64,000 nt of DNA from NCBI GenBank assembly GCA_963662585.1, contig OY759729.1, forward strand, positions 2,816,001 through 2,880,000, read 5' to 3'. Position 1 is the stretch's first letter, and every line of letters begins with the position of its first letter. The translations under genes and the position numbers were made by a program. The notes under the pieces are model-generated. The model was not told where the DNA came from, made no database searches, and saw only the letters and a program-made list of their open reading frames with translations. Positions 29,358-38,973 of this stretch are shown here, piece by piece. The stretch is from Candidatus Cloacimonadales bacterium (lineage in GTDB: Bacteria; Cloacimonadota; Cloacimonadia; Cloacimonadales; JAFGVF01).

Positions 29358-30074
29358 ATGAAAAGAATTTTTATTATGATGTTTTTAGTGTTTATCAATA
29401 TTGGTTTACTCTTCTCCTTAACAGGATTCGGTGAATCACCACTTTTTGAAATCACAGATGATACTTTACCAGTAACCCTCTCATCATTTATGGCAATTCC
29501 CAATAATAACAGTCAAGCGATTGCTATCAATTGGACTAGTCAAAGTGAATCAAATTTAATTGGATATCATATTCACAGAGCAGAAATAGCTGATTTATCA
29601 ACTGCAAATATTGTAACTTCTACTATTATCTCAGCTCATAATACTACATTAACCACTGATTACTCATTCCAAGATGCTGAAGTAGAAAGAGAAACAAGTT
29701 ACTACTATTGGCTTCAAAGTATTGAGTATGATGGGAATAACTTCTTTGGTCCGGTATCTGCTAAAATATCAGATGATAACGATGTACCTAGCTTACCAAA
29801 CAACACTGAGCTTCTCGCAATCTATCCAAATCCTTTTAATGGAAATATTGCTACAAATATTGAAGTGAGAGTAAAAGAGAATGAGACAAGCCAACTCTCA
29901 ATCTATAACCTTAAAGGTCAATTAGTTAGGAAGGAAAATTTAGTAGCAGGCGAATATACTATCGTCTGGAACGGTTTGGATAACGCAGGTAAAAGATGCT
30001 CTAACGGTATCTATTTTGTCCAAATGAAATCAGCAACATACTTTAAAACTTCTAAAGTTTTATTAATGAAATAG
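29358..30074 (+). CDS. Secreted protein with FlgD-Ig / T9SS type A-like C-terminal domain
   Basis: GGAGG RBS, signal peptide, LPVTLSSF, YPNPFN, IYNLKGQLVR and WNG.D..GK..SNGIYF motifs. Confidence 0.85.
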   Translation: MKRIFIMMFLVFINIGLLFSLTGFGESPLFEITDDTLPVTLSSFMAIPNNNSQAIAINWTSQSESNLIGYHIHRAEIADLSTANIVTSTIISAHNTTLTTDYSFQDAEVERETSYYYWLQSIEYDGNNFFGPVSAKISDDNDVPSLPNNTELLAIYPNPFNGNIATNIEVRVKENETSQLSIYNLKGQLVRKENLVAGEYTIVWNGLDNAGKRCSNGIYFVQMKSATYFKTSKVLLMK

Positions 30075-30083
30075 GAGAAAATC

Positions 30084-31130
30084 ATGAAAAAATATTATAT
30101 TATAATCTTAATTATCTTTGCTGTAAGTTTCCTTTTTCCTGCCTCTCCTGTTGTTTCAAATGTTCTAGTAACCCCACAAGCGGGTAGTTTCCTTATAAAC
30201 TATGATTTAGTTGCTGAAGGACAGTGCCAGGTTAATGTTATAGTTTCATCTGACGGTGGAACAAACTACGATATTGTTCCAACCAGTTTAAGTGGTCATG
30301 TTGGAAATACTGTAATGTCAGGAAATAATCAGATTATCTGGAGAGCAAGTACTGATAATATGGAAGTTGGGGACAATTATAAGGTAAAAATCATAGCTCG
30401 TGATAATCCAATTATTCCTACTAATCCACTAAATGCTGAGGAAATTGTGTCTTTTGTAAAAATTATTGGAGGAAGTGTTGAGGGAGGTAGCTTTAGTCAT
30501 CCTATGATGGAAACCACTGTTGAAGATTTCTATATGAGCAAATATGAAATTACTCAAGGGGAATATGAATCTGTCATGGGAGTTAATCCTGCACTAAATG
30601 CAGGTACTGGAAATGATTACCCTGTATATAATGTAACTTGGCAGGAAGCAGTTGAATATTGTAATGCCAGAAGTATTCAAGATGGGTTAACCCCTTGCTA
30701 TAATACATCTTTCTGGGCTTGCAATTTAAATGCAAATGGTTATCGCCTTCCCACACTTATGGAGTGGTTATATGCAGCTAAAGGGGGTAACCAGCAACCT
30801 GCAACAGACTACAATCAATGGGCAGGAACTAATGTTGAAACAGAAGTCACTAACTATGCCTGGTATTCTGCTAACAATACTCCGAATGGAACAAAAGAAG
30901 TTGGAGGGAAAGAACCAAATGAGTTAGGGCTTTATGATATGACTGGTAATGTTATTGAATGGACTAATGATAGTTATATGTGGGGTATGTTTTATGAGGT
31001 AAGAGGTGGTAGCTGGAATAGCGATGCTAACTCATGTGAATTAGGTAATGTAAGTTGTATTAGCCCAACTAATATGTCTGATGAATTAGGCTTTCGCATT
31101 GTTCGTAGTATTCCTGTATCAGCTCCTTAA
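30084..31130 (+). CDS. FGE-sulfatase (SUMF1) domain secreted protein
   Basis: Signal peptide; MSKYEITQ, PVYNVTW..A..YC, GYRLPT..EW, PNELGLYDMTGNVIEW, RGGSW and GFRIVR motifs. Confidence 0.9.
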   Translation: MKKYYIIILIIFAVSFLFPASPVVSNVLVTPQAGSFLINYDLVAEGQCQVNVIVSSDGGTNYDIVPTSLSGHVGNTVMSGNNQIIWRASTDNMEVGDNYKVKIIARDNPIIPTNPLNAEEIVSFVKIIGGSVEGGSFSHPMMETTVEDFYMSKYEITQGEYESVMGVNPALNAGTGNDYPVYNVTWQEAVEYCNARSIQDGLTPCYNTSFWACNLNANGYRLPTLMEWLYAAKGGNQQPATDYNQWAGTNVETEVTNYAWYSANNTPNGTKEVGGKEPNELGLYDMTGNVIEWTNDSYMWGMFYEVRGGSWNSDANSCELGNVSCISPTNMSDELGFRIVRSIPVSAP

Positions 31131-31376
31131 GTTGTTGCCGATCCTGTAATTTCTCCTGAAGTTGGTAGTTTTGATGAAGTTCAAACAATAACTATAGTAT
31201 GTGAAAAGCCAGATGTTGTGATTTATTATACTTTAGATGGAAGTGCCCCTGATGAAACAAGTAGTGATTTCTATATTAGTAAGTATGAAGTAACATTAGC
31301 TGAATATCAAGCAGTAATGGGTACAAATCCAGCTCACAATTATGGGGTAGGCAAGGGATTTGTGCTGGCGAATTAG
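31131..31376 (+). pseudogene. Decayed in-frame continuation (Fn3/chitobiase-C domain plus start of a second FGE domain)
   Basis: After TAA the frame continues VVADPVISP...IYYTLDGSAP...DFYISKYEVTLAEYQAVMGTNP. Confidence 0.75.
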
Positions 31377-31391
31377 TCATAGGCTTCTAAT

Positions 31392-32960
31392 AAACACCCC
31401 CTATATCCCCCTCGCTGAGGGGGATTTAAGAAAGGGCTTGTCTAAAGTGGGGAGTTTGGGAGTGTGATAATCCCTCTTCTGTCGGATTGAGGACAGCTTG
31501 TCCGCTGTGAATTGGTAAATAGCAGATGAATAGTCTATAAACTTTTAGTTTCCATCAGCAATCAAAGGGGAATTGAATAGGTTAAGACTTTTGTTTTCTT
31601 TATTATAATAGTAATAGCAATTTTAAATCCCGGAGGGATAACATATAATAGGGAGTGTTCGCAAGACACTCCTAAAGGTAACCACCAGAAAATAGCCCTA
31701 GAGGGGCGACATATACTGAAAATTTAGCAAACACTTGAGAAGAATCCTTTAAATCCTTAGGGATTTAAGAGGAAACACCCCGTCTGCTTTGCAGCCACCC
31801 CTCTTTTAGCGTGCTTTCAGCACTAAAGCGGGGAATTTAAGATTCACGGACTAAAGGTCCGTAACCCCAGTTAATGGAAACAGTGACGCTTCCATTCCAT
31901 AGGAAACACCCCCTGTGTCCCCTTCACGGAGGGGGATTTAAGAAAGGGCTTGTCTAAAGTGGGGAGTTTGGGAGTGCGATAATCCCTCTTCCGTCAGATT
32001 GTGGACATCCTTGTCCGCTGTGAATTGATAAATAGCAGATGAATAGTCTATAAACTTTTAGTTTCCATCAGCAATCAAAGCGGGGAATTTGAAGATGTTG
32101 TACCAGATTAAACTTCCATCTACACATCTTTTAGTCTGCCTTTTCAGATTTGCTCCAGAGGAGCAGTTTCTTGGTAGCCTTGAATTAGTTAAAGAAATCC
32201 CATCGCTCCGTAGGTGCGAAGATATACAAATTATCATCATTAAAGCTTAAAATAAATAGGTTTTTTTTATCATAATCTTCATTGCCATAATATAAAAAGC
32301 AATTCGCACCTACGGAGCGATTGTTTTTGGGGTGTGACCTTTGTGCTACCAAGAAATAGCTCCTCTGGAGCTAGAAATTGGCACTTCAGACTTCAGTACC
32401 AAAACTAGCAGTTGAAAAGTGTGATAATCCCTCTTCTGTTGGATTGAGGACAGCTTGTCCGTTGTGAATTGATAAATAGCAGATGAATAGTCTATAAACT
32501 TTTAGTTTCCTTCAGTAATCAAAGGGGAATTGAATAGGTTAAGACTTTTGTTTTCTTCATTATAATAGTAATAGCAATTTTAAATCCTGGAGGGATAACA
32601 TATAATAGGGAGTGTTCGCAAGACACTCCTAAAGGTAACCATCAGAAAATAGCCCTAGAGGGGCGACAAATACTGAAAATTTAGCAAACACTTGAGAAGA
32701 ATCCTTTAAATCCCTTAGGGATTTAAGAGGAAACACCCCCTGTGTCCCCCTCACGGAGGGGGATTTGTAGAGGCGTATTGCCATACGCCCATAAGAAAAA
32801 CACCCCGTCTGCTTTGCAGACACCCCTCTTTTAGCGTGCTTTCAGCACTAAAGCGGGGAATTTAAGATTCACGGACTAAAGGTCCGTAACCCCAGTTAAT
32901 GGAAACAGAGACGCTTCCATTCCATAGGAAACAGAGACTCTAAAGAGGGGAATTTAAGAA
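31392..32960. repeat. Large mosaic of several REP-like families with an internal duplication
   Basis: About 31460-31905 recurs at about 32418-32930; nested inverted repeats at 32152-32371. Confidence 0.9.
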
Positions 32961-33015
32961 AGGCCATTAAGATTTAGCATTAAGTTTGAATTTAATCTTA
33001 TTCTGTGATAAACTG

Positions 33016-34005
33016 CTAAATGTTAGCCTCAATAATCATCTTCATCCACTGAATAGCCTCAATAGGGTATTTACCTATAGCAGTTTCATCGGATAATGTT
33101 ACACCAGAAGCACCATCAAAAATAGCATTAGCAACATCAGATATCTCGGCTCTAGTGGGAATACTTTTGGTAACCATAGACTCCATCATCTGGGTCGCGA
33201 CAAAGAAAGGTTTCTTTAATTCCTGGCATTTTCTACTTATTTGCTTTTGGAGGGTTGGGATTAAAGGAATAGAAACTTCAATTCCTAAGTCACCTCTGGC
33301 AATATAGAGGTAATCAGATTTCTGGATAATGCTATCCATGTTAGCAAGTGATTTGGCTGTTTCGAATTTGCTCAGAATAAGAGCTTTATGGTTAATCTCC
33401 AGTGAAGTATAATAATCTTGGAACTCTTGAATATCTTCTTCCGAATTTACAAAAGAAAGGGCAAAGAAATCAGGTTTGAGTAGAGCTGTTTCTCGGATAA
33501 TCTCCTTATCATGGCTTGAGAGAAATTCTTGGTGAAGAGATTTGCCAGGGATAGAGAAGTGGCAATTAGGTCTAAGAATGTTATTATTATCAATAGTCAG
33601 GGTTAAGTAGTCTTGATTGATATCAGTAATAGAACCAGTAAAATCTCCATCTTGGAGGTAGAATCTATCGCCTGTTTGGATAATGCTTTTATTAATTGTT
33701 GAGGAAAAATAATAATCAACTTTTTTAGGCTCAAAATAGATATTCGTGGAAGAAGCTGCAGATAGGTTATGATTAGTTTTTAGGTTAGCTATTCTCACTT
33801 CAGGACCTGGGATATCAATCATTATTTTTACAGGAGATTTAATTGTTTCGGCTACTTTTCTAATTAATATAATAATTCGTCTAGCTGAGTCTATCTCTGT
33901 GTGAGACATATTAATTCTAAAAATAGTTGAACCAGATTCTAACATCTGTTGGATAAGTTCTTGAGTAATAGTATTGGTATTAAGAGTAGTAATTATTTCA
34001 GTCAT
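33016..34005 (-). CDS. pyk: Pyruvate kinase (barrel and B domain only; C-terminal domain absent)
   Basis: FRINMSH, DIPGPEVR, ALSFV, KFET, ARGDLG, ATQMMESM, PTRAEISDVANA and LSDETAIGKYP motifs. Confidence 0.85.
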   Translation of the reverse strand: MTEIITTLNTNTITQELIQQMLESGSTIFRINMSHTEIDSARRIIILIRKVAETIKSPVKIMIDIPGPEVRIANLKTNHNLSAASSTNIYFEPKKVDYYFSSTINKSIIQTGDRFYLQDGDFTGSITDINQDYLTLTIDNNNILRPNCHFSIPGKSLHQEFLSSHDKEIIRETALLKPDFFALSFVNSEEDIQEFQDYYTSLEINHKALILSKFETAKSLANMDSIIQKSDYLYIARGDLGIEVSIPLIPTLQKQISRKCQELKKPFFVATQMMESMVTKSIPTRAEISDVANAIFDGASGVTLSDETAIGKYPIEAIQWMKMIIEANI

Positions 34006-34018
34006 CTTAGCTTATTCC

Positions 34019-34639
34019 TTAAAAGGATATTATGTTTTTTGGGTTGATTGTTGGTAGTTTTGTAATTAATTCAGCAGTCTTGCTATGAAGATCATCTAAA
34101 TCCCCATTATTCATAATTACAAAATCAGCTTTCTTCTCTTTAATAGTATTGGAAAGTTGACTTGTAATTTTTCGGATAGCTTCTTCTCTAGTTTGATTAT
34201 TGCGTTTCATTAATCTGAACAACTGCTTATCAGGAGAAGCAGAAACGGTAATGATGTAATCAAAGTGCTGTTCTAAGCTAGTTTCGAAAAGGAGTGGAAC
34301 TTCAAAAAAGAGATAATTACCACAAGTCACAGTAACTAATTCTCTCATTCGCTTGAAGATAAGAGGGTGAGAAATTGAGTTTAAGAAGGCTAAATTATCT
34401 TTATCTTTGAAGACAAGTTTGCTTAGTTTTTCTCGGTTTATAGTCTTGTTATCTATATCTAAAATATCCTTACCAAATTTATTAACTAAACTAGCTTTAA
34501 CTTCTTCTGAAAGAAGAACTTCATGTCCAATAATATCAGTTGAATAGACTTTATAACCTGTAGCTTGTAGTTCTTTCACAACTTCAGATTTTCCTGAGGC
34601 TATGCTTCCTGTAATTCCGATGATTAAAGGTCTATCCAT
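34019..34639 (-). CDS. coaE: Dephospho-CoA kinase
   Basis: IGITGSIASGKS, HPLI and EVPLLFE motifs. Confidence 0.95.
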   Translation of the reverse strand: MDRPLIIGITGSIASGKSEVVKELQATGYKVYSTDIIGHEVLLSEEVKASLVNKFGKDILDIDNKTINREKLSKLVFKDKDNLAFLNSISHPLIFKRMRELVTVTCGNYLFFEVPLLFETSLEQHFDYIITVSASPDKQLFRLMKRNNQTREEAIRKITSQLSNTIKEKKADFVIMNNGDLDDLHSKTAELITKLPTINPKNIISF

Positions 34640-34641
34640 AA

Positions 34642-35841
34642 TTAAATCTCGAAAGCACTTTCTTCAATTGAACTTAATACTTTAAGAAGTTGAGCATTAT
34701 CTTTAACATTATGAACTCTGATAATATCTATTTTTTTATTGAAGGCAAGGGCTGTAGTAGCCATTGTTCCGCCTTCTCGCTCTTGAGGAGTTGAAGGGGA
34801 TAGGGAATTAATAAAACTTTTACGGGAAGCTCCGAGGAGGATTTTACAACCTAGAATATGAAATTCATCAAGTCGTTTTAAGATTGCTAAGTTATGTTCT
34901 AAGGACTTTCCAAAGCCAATTCCTGGATCGATAATTATTCTATCTAGAGCAATACCATTTTTTTGACAGAAGGAGATTCGCTCCTCAAAGAAGTCTATAA
35001 GTTCATTAATTACACTATTATAAGTTGGGTTTTTCTGCATGGATTCTGGATTCCCTTGCATGTGCGTTAGGCATACTTGACTTTTGGGAAAGTCTTTCAA
35101 GACTTCAATCATCTGTGTATCGCCCTGTAAAGCTGTGATGTCATTGATTATATTGGCTCCAGCTTCTAAAGCTTGTCTGGCAACTTCAGCTTTGTAAGTA
35201 TCTACTGAAATAGTGACAGAGCTTGCTTCTCTAATTGCATTCACAACCGGAATAACTCTTACTAGTTCCTCTTCTAAGCAGACTCTTGGAGAGCCTGGAC
35301 GGGTTGATTCTCCTCCAATATCAATGATAGAAGCTCCCTCATTTATCATTTGGAGGGCATGAGAAAGAGCGTGCTTAATATCATAATGTTGATTACCATC
35401 AGAAAATGAATCAGGAGTAACATTTAAAATCCCCATAATAGTAGGGGAGAAGTTTCGACCTTTATCTTCTAAGGCCCAATATAGAAGTTGATTACGAAAT
35501 GAAGTTAGTTCTTCTCTAATCTCAGGAAGTCCCATGCTAGTGTAATGCCTCATTCTAGTGATTAAAGCTAAAATCTTGTTAGCACCACCCATAAATAGTA
35601 GGTTAGTACTTTTCTTTTCACCTTCTACAATCCCCTTACTCATGGCAATATCTGCTCCGATGATTAGGGCTTCTTGCTTGAGAATATTAGCTGCTCCTGT
35701 TTGGACATTATGGAGAAGTAGTGATCGCCCTACAGCTTTGGGAGCCATTACTTCTACTCCTTGAGAAGAGACTCCGATTTGCTGGAGTATCTCTCTTGCA
35801 TCTTGAATAGTGTTTATCGTTATAATTCTGTTTTTCATCAT
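34642..35841 (-). CDS. folP: Dihydropteroate synthase with N-terminal extension
   Basis: MGILNVTPDSFSDG, DIGGESTRPG, DPGIGFGK, SRKSF and RVHNV motifs. Confidence 0.95.
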   Translation of the reverse strand: MMKNRIITINTIQDAREILQQIGVSSQGVEVMAPKAVGRSLLLHNVQTGAANILKQEALIIGADIAMSKGIVEGEKKSTNLLFMGGANKILALITRMRHYTSMGLPEIREELTSFRNQLLYWALEDKGRNFSPTIMGILNVTPDSFSDGNQHYDIKHALSHALQMINEGASIIDIGGESTRPGSPRVCLEEELVRVIPVVNAIREASSVTISVDTYKAEVARQALEAGANIINDITALQGDTQMIEVLKDFPKSQVCLTHMQGNPESMQKNPTYNSVINELIDFFEERISFCQKNGIALDRIIIDPGIGFGKSLEHNLAILKRLDEFHILGCKILLGASRKSFINSLSPSTPQEREGGTMATTALAFNKKIDIIRVHNVKDNAQLLKVLSSIEESAFEI

Positions 35842-35916
35842 ATCCTCTTTTGCACTAATTTTACCATGATTAAGATTAGCAACTAGGGAAAAATGTCAAA
35901 TGTTTTTTGAAAGTGG

Positions 35917-37140
35917 CCTCTTCAGTCGGACGGTGGACAGCTTGTCCGCCACTTTTTAGTGATTAACTGGGGTTACGGATTTTTAGTCAGTGAATCTTAA
36001 ACTCCCCTCTTTAGTGCTGAAGGCACGATAAAAGAGGGGTGGCTGCGAAGCAGACGGGGTGTTTTTAAATCCCCCTCTGTGAGGGGGACACAGGGGGTGT
36101 CTTCTTCTATGAAGTGGAAGCGTCTCTGCTTCCACATTAGACAATGGTATTTCTAGATTTTTGAGCAGTTTAGAGAATATTCATCTGCTATTTACCAATT
36201 CACAGCGGAGAGAATCTCCTTAAAACTCATCTTTACTCTGTGTTAAGGGACTTTTCAAGAAGGCGTATGGCAATATGCCCCTACATTCGCGATAATTCGT
36301 GAAATTAGTGGATATATTTTTTAACTTTTTTAGTGTATGTCGCCCCTGCAGGGCTTTCTTTTTGTCGTGACTTTAGGAGTGTCTAGCAAACACTCCCTAT
36401 TATATGGCATCTCGCTGGGATTTAAGAACTGGGGTTACGGACCTTTAGTCCGTGAATGTCAAACTCCCCTCTTTAGTGCTGAAGGCACGATAAAAGAGGG
36501 GTGGCTACGAAGCAGACGGGGTGTTTTTAAATCCCCCTCTGTGAGGGGGACACAGGGGGTGTTTTTCTTCTATGTGAAGTGGAAGCGTCTCTGCTTCCAC
36601 ATTAGACAATGGTATTTCTAGATTTTTGAGCAGTTTAGAGAATATTCATCTGCTACTTAGCAATTCACAGCGGAGAGAATCTCCTTAAAACTCATCTTTA
36701 CTCTGTGTTAAGGGACTTTTCAAGAAGGCCTATGGCAATACGCCCCTACATTCGCGATAATTCGTGAAATTAGTGGATATATTTTTTAACTTTTTTAGTG
36801 TATGTCGCCCCTGCAGGGCTTTCTTTTTGTCGTGACTTTAGGAGTGTCTTGCGAACACTCCCTATTATATGGCATCCCTTTGGGATTGAAGATATATCAT
36901 TGCCTTGCAATGATGCGGGCTGGAAGCCCACATTCCCAGTTAAGATGCTTTCACAATTCTCAATTCACAATATAATATAGCATCCCTTTGGGATTTAAGA
37001 ACTGGGGTTACGGACCTTTAGTCCGTGAATCCATCAGCCTGCTTTTATTTAATTCCCTTGGGATTGAAGATATATCATTGCCTTGCAATGATGCGGGCTG
37101 GAAGCCCACATTCCCAGTTAAGCTGCTTTCACACTTCTCA
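35917..37140. repeat. REP mosaic with a ~462-bp tandem duplication
   Basis: Block starting aactggggttacgg at 35965 and 36427, partial third copy at 37000; ~65-bp block repeated at ~36882 and ~37060. Confidence 0.9.
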
Positions 37141-37144
37141 ATTC

Positions 37145-37948
37145 TCAATTCTGATTAATATCCACCAACTTATTCTGATATTGAAGTACATACACACCTG
37201 AACTCATGGCTTTAAGTTTACCCTCTTCATCAGCTTCTTGTAAAATCTCGATAACCCAGATAGCCAACTCGCTATTTCCCTCAAGGTTTTGGAGTGAACC
37301 TCTGATTTTGCCATCTCTAATCTCGAAGTAAACTTTGCACTTTTGGGAAACTTTCTTAGTTGGGTCAAATTCCTTACCAGCAAATAATGAGCGGATTAGA
37401 GAGTCGTCTCCTCCGTAATTAGTATCTTGGAAGAAATCATTCGTTCCTGTGAAAGATATGAAAATAGTATCTTGCTTGGTTTTACTAAACTTCTTAGTAT
37501 CTATTTTGATAGGATCATTATCTCCTAAAGATTCGTGAATATCATGCACATCATAATTAATAATGTGAGAGTTAGGTGATAATACATCTCTATTTTTCTG
37601 GGCATAGGTTGAGGCTGTGTGAGTTCTATCTTGGAATCTATCTTCATTTTTATCATCAAATAGATTAAATGTATAATCTTCATCAGCTTCAGATTCTATT
37701 TCGCCTTGAATAGTTGGCTTCATAAATTGATCAATAGGGATTGAAGAAGCTTCTTTTTTTTCAATCTGAGCTGTTTTTGTCTGTTTAATGGCTTCAACTT
37801 TTGCTTTAATAACTTCAACTTTCTCCATTTCAATAGCTAACTCTTTTACTTCTGGGGGAGTATAATCAGGGATTTCCATACTATAAAGAAATAGCAAGGC
37901 GTGAAGCAAAATTGAGATTAATATTGGGATTAAAAAGCTCTTTTTCAT
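37145..37948 (-). CDS. TonB/TolA-like energy transducer (putative)
   Basis: N-terminal S.LLH transmembrane motif; downstream of exbBD. Confidence 0.55.
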   Translation of the reverse strand: MKKSFLIPILISILLHALLFLYSMEIPDYTPPEVKELAIEMEKVEVIKAKVEAIKQTKTAQIEKKEASSIPIDQFMKPTIQGEIESEADEDYTFNLFDDKNEDRFQDRTHTASTYAQKNRDVLSPNSHIINYDVHDIHESLGDNDPIKIDTKKFSKTKQDTIFISFTGTNDFFQDTNYGGDDSLIRSLFAGKEFDPTKKVSQKCKVYFEIRDGKIRGSLQNLEGNSELAIWVIEILQEADEEGKLKAMSSGVYVLQYQNKLVDINQN

Positions 37949-37950
37949 AA

Positions 37951-38364
37951 TTAATCAACATCATAACGAGTTGGGTAGGAGATTCTTTTAGCTCCTACTT
38001 CTGTTACCATATCATGGACAGGGACAATGTTCTTCCACTGTACCTCTTCATCTACCCAAATTTCAACTTTTGAATCAGGCTCGCGGATTAATCTTGTTCT
38101 CAGCTCATCAACAAAGTCTGCTTGGTTATATACCTTATCCTTGTTATCTAAGCAAACTTCATTATCTTTAGTAATAATCACCTTAATAATGTTTCCAGAA
38201 GGAAGCTTACTTGTGCTTATTGATTGAGGCAGATTCACACCAATAGAGTTAATATTCACAAAGTTGGAAGAGAGAAGGAGAAATATGATTAAAAGAAAGA
38301 CAACATCAGTCATAGAAATTAAGACTGTGGAAGTTATCTTTTTCTTTTTTACATCTATTTTCAT
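37951..38364 (-). CDS. exbD: Biopolymer transporter ExbD/TolR
   Basis: SMTDVVFLLIIFLL and VNLP motifs. Confidence 0.9.
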   Translation of the reverse strand: MKIDVKKKKITSTVLISMTDVVFLLIIFLLLSSNFVNINSIGVNLPQSISTSKLPSGNIIKVIITKDNEVCLDNKDKVYNQADFVDELRTRLIREPDSKVEIWVDEEVQWKNIVPVHDMVTEVGAKRISYPTRYDVD

Positions 38365-38367
38365 TAT

Positions 38368-38973
38368 CTACTTCCTGTTACTTTCTCTATGTTTAAGAAT
38401 CAAATGATGCCCAGTCTCTTCTATTTTACCAGCAATACTTTCGATTGAAGAAACAAAGTAATTATTGAATATTAGGGCAATAATACCTACAACTAATCCA
38501 CCAATAGTTGTTAACATAGCTTCCCAAATACCGTTTGCCAACATACTAATATCAACTCCACCTTTTGAAATACCTATATTCATGAATACTTTGACCATTC
38601 CTGAAGCAGTTCCTAAGAAACCAATTAAAGGTGCAATTGCTGATAAGGTAGATAAAACACCAATGTGTTTTTCTAAACTCTTAATCTCAACCTTAGCCTT
38701 ATTTTCCATCTCTTCGTTAGCATCTTCTTCACCATAAGGAAGGTACTCTACTCCTCTTTTCAAGGTATTTGCTAAAGGTGATTCGATTATTGAAGTTTCA
38801 ACAAATTCATTGATGTCGGCTAAATTAGTGAGAGAATCAAGCTCATTAGCAAACTCTTCGTCTAGCTTTCTAGCCTTGTAAATTACGATAAATCTTTCAA
38901 TTATGACAGCTATTGTTATTATAGACGCTAATAACAATACATACATCAACATTCCGCCTCTCGCTATAAACAT
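38368..38973 (-). CDS. exbB: MotA/TolQ/ExbB proton channel
   Basis: APLIGFLGT..GM and GIWEAMLTT..GL motifs. Confidence 0.9.
   Translation of the reverse strand: MFIARGGMLMYVLLLASIITIAVIIERFIVIYKARKLDEEFANELDSLTNLADINEFVETSIIESPLANTLKRGVEYLPYGEEDANEEMENKAKVEIKSLEKHIGVLSTLSAIAPLIGFLGTASGMVKVFMNIGISKGGVDISMLANGIWEAMLTTIGGLVVGIIALIFNNYFVSSIESIAGKIEETGHHLILKHRESNRK

Noticed and set aside
30084..31376. Diversity-generating retroelement target and template
   Set aside because: FGE/CLec folds are common DGR targets, but there is no reverse transcriptase and no adenine-specific TR/VR pair; the downstream similarity is to the domain N-terminus.
32058..36980. Short ORFs 32058-32240, 32629-32823, 36337-36621 and 36798-36980
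   Set aside because: They lie within repeat mosaics and have no RBS or recognisable motifs.
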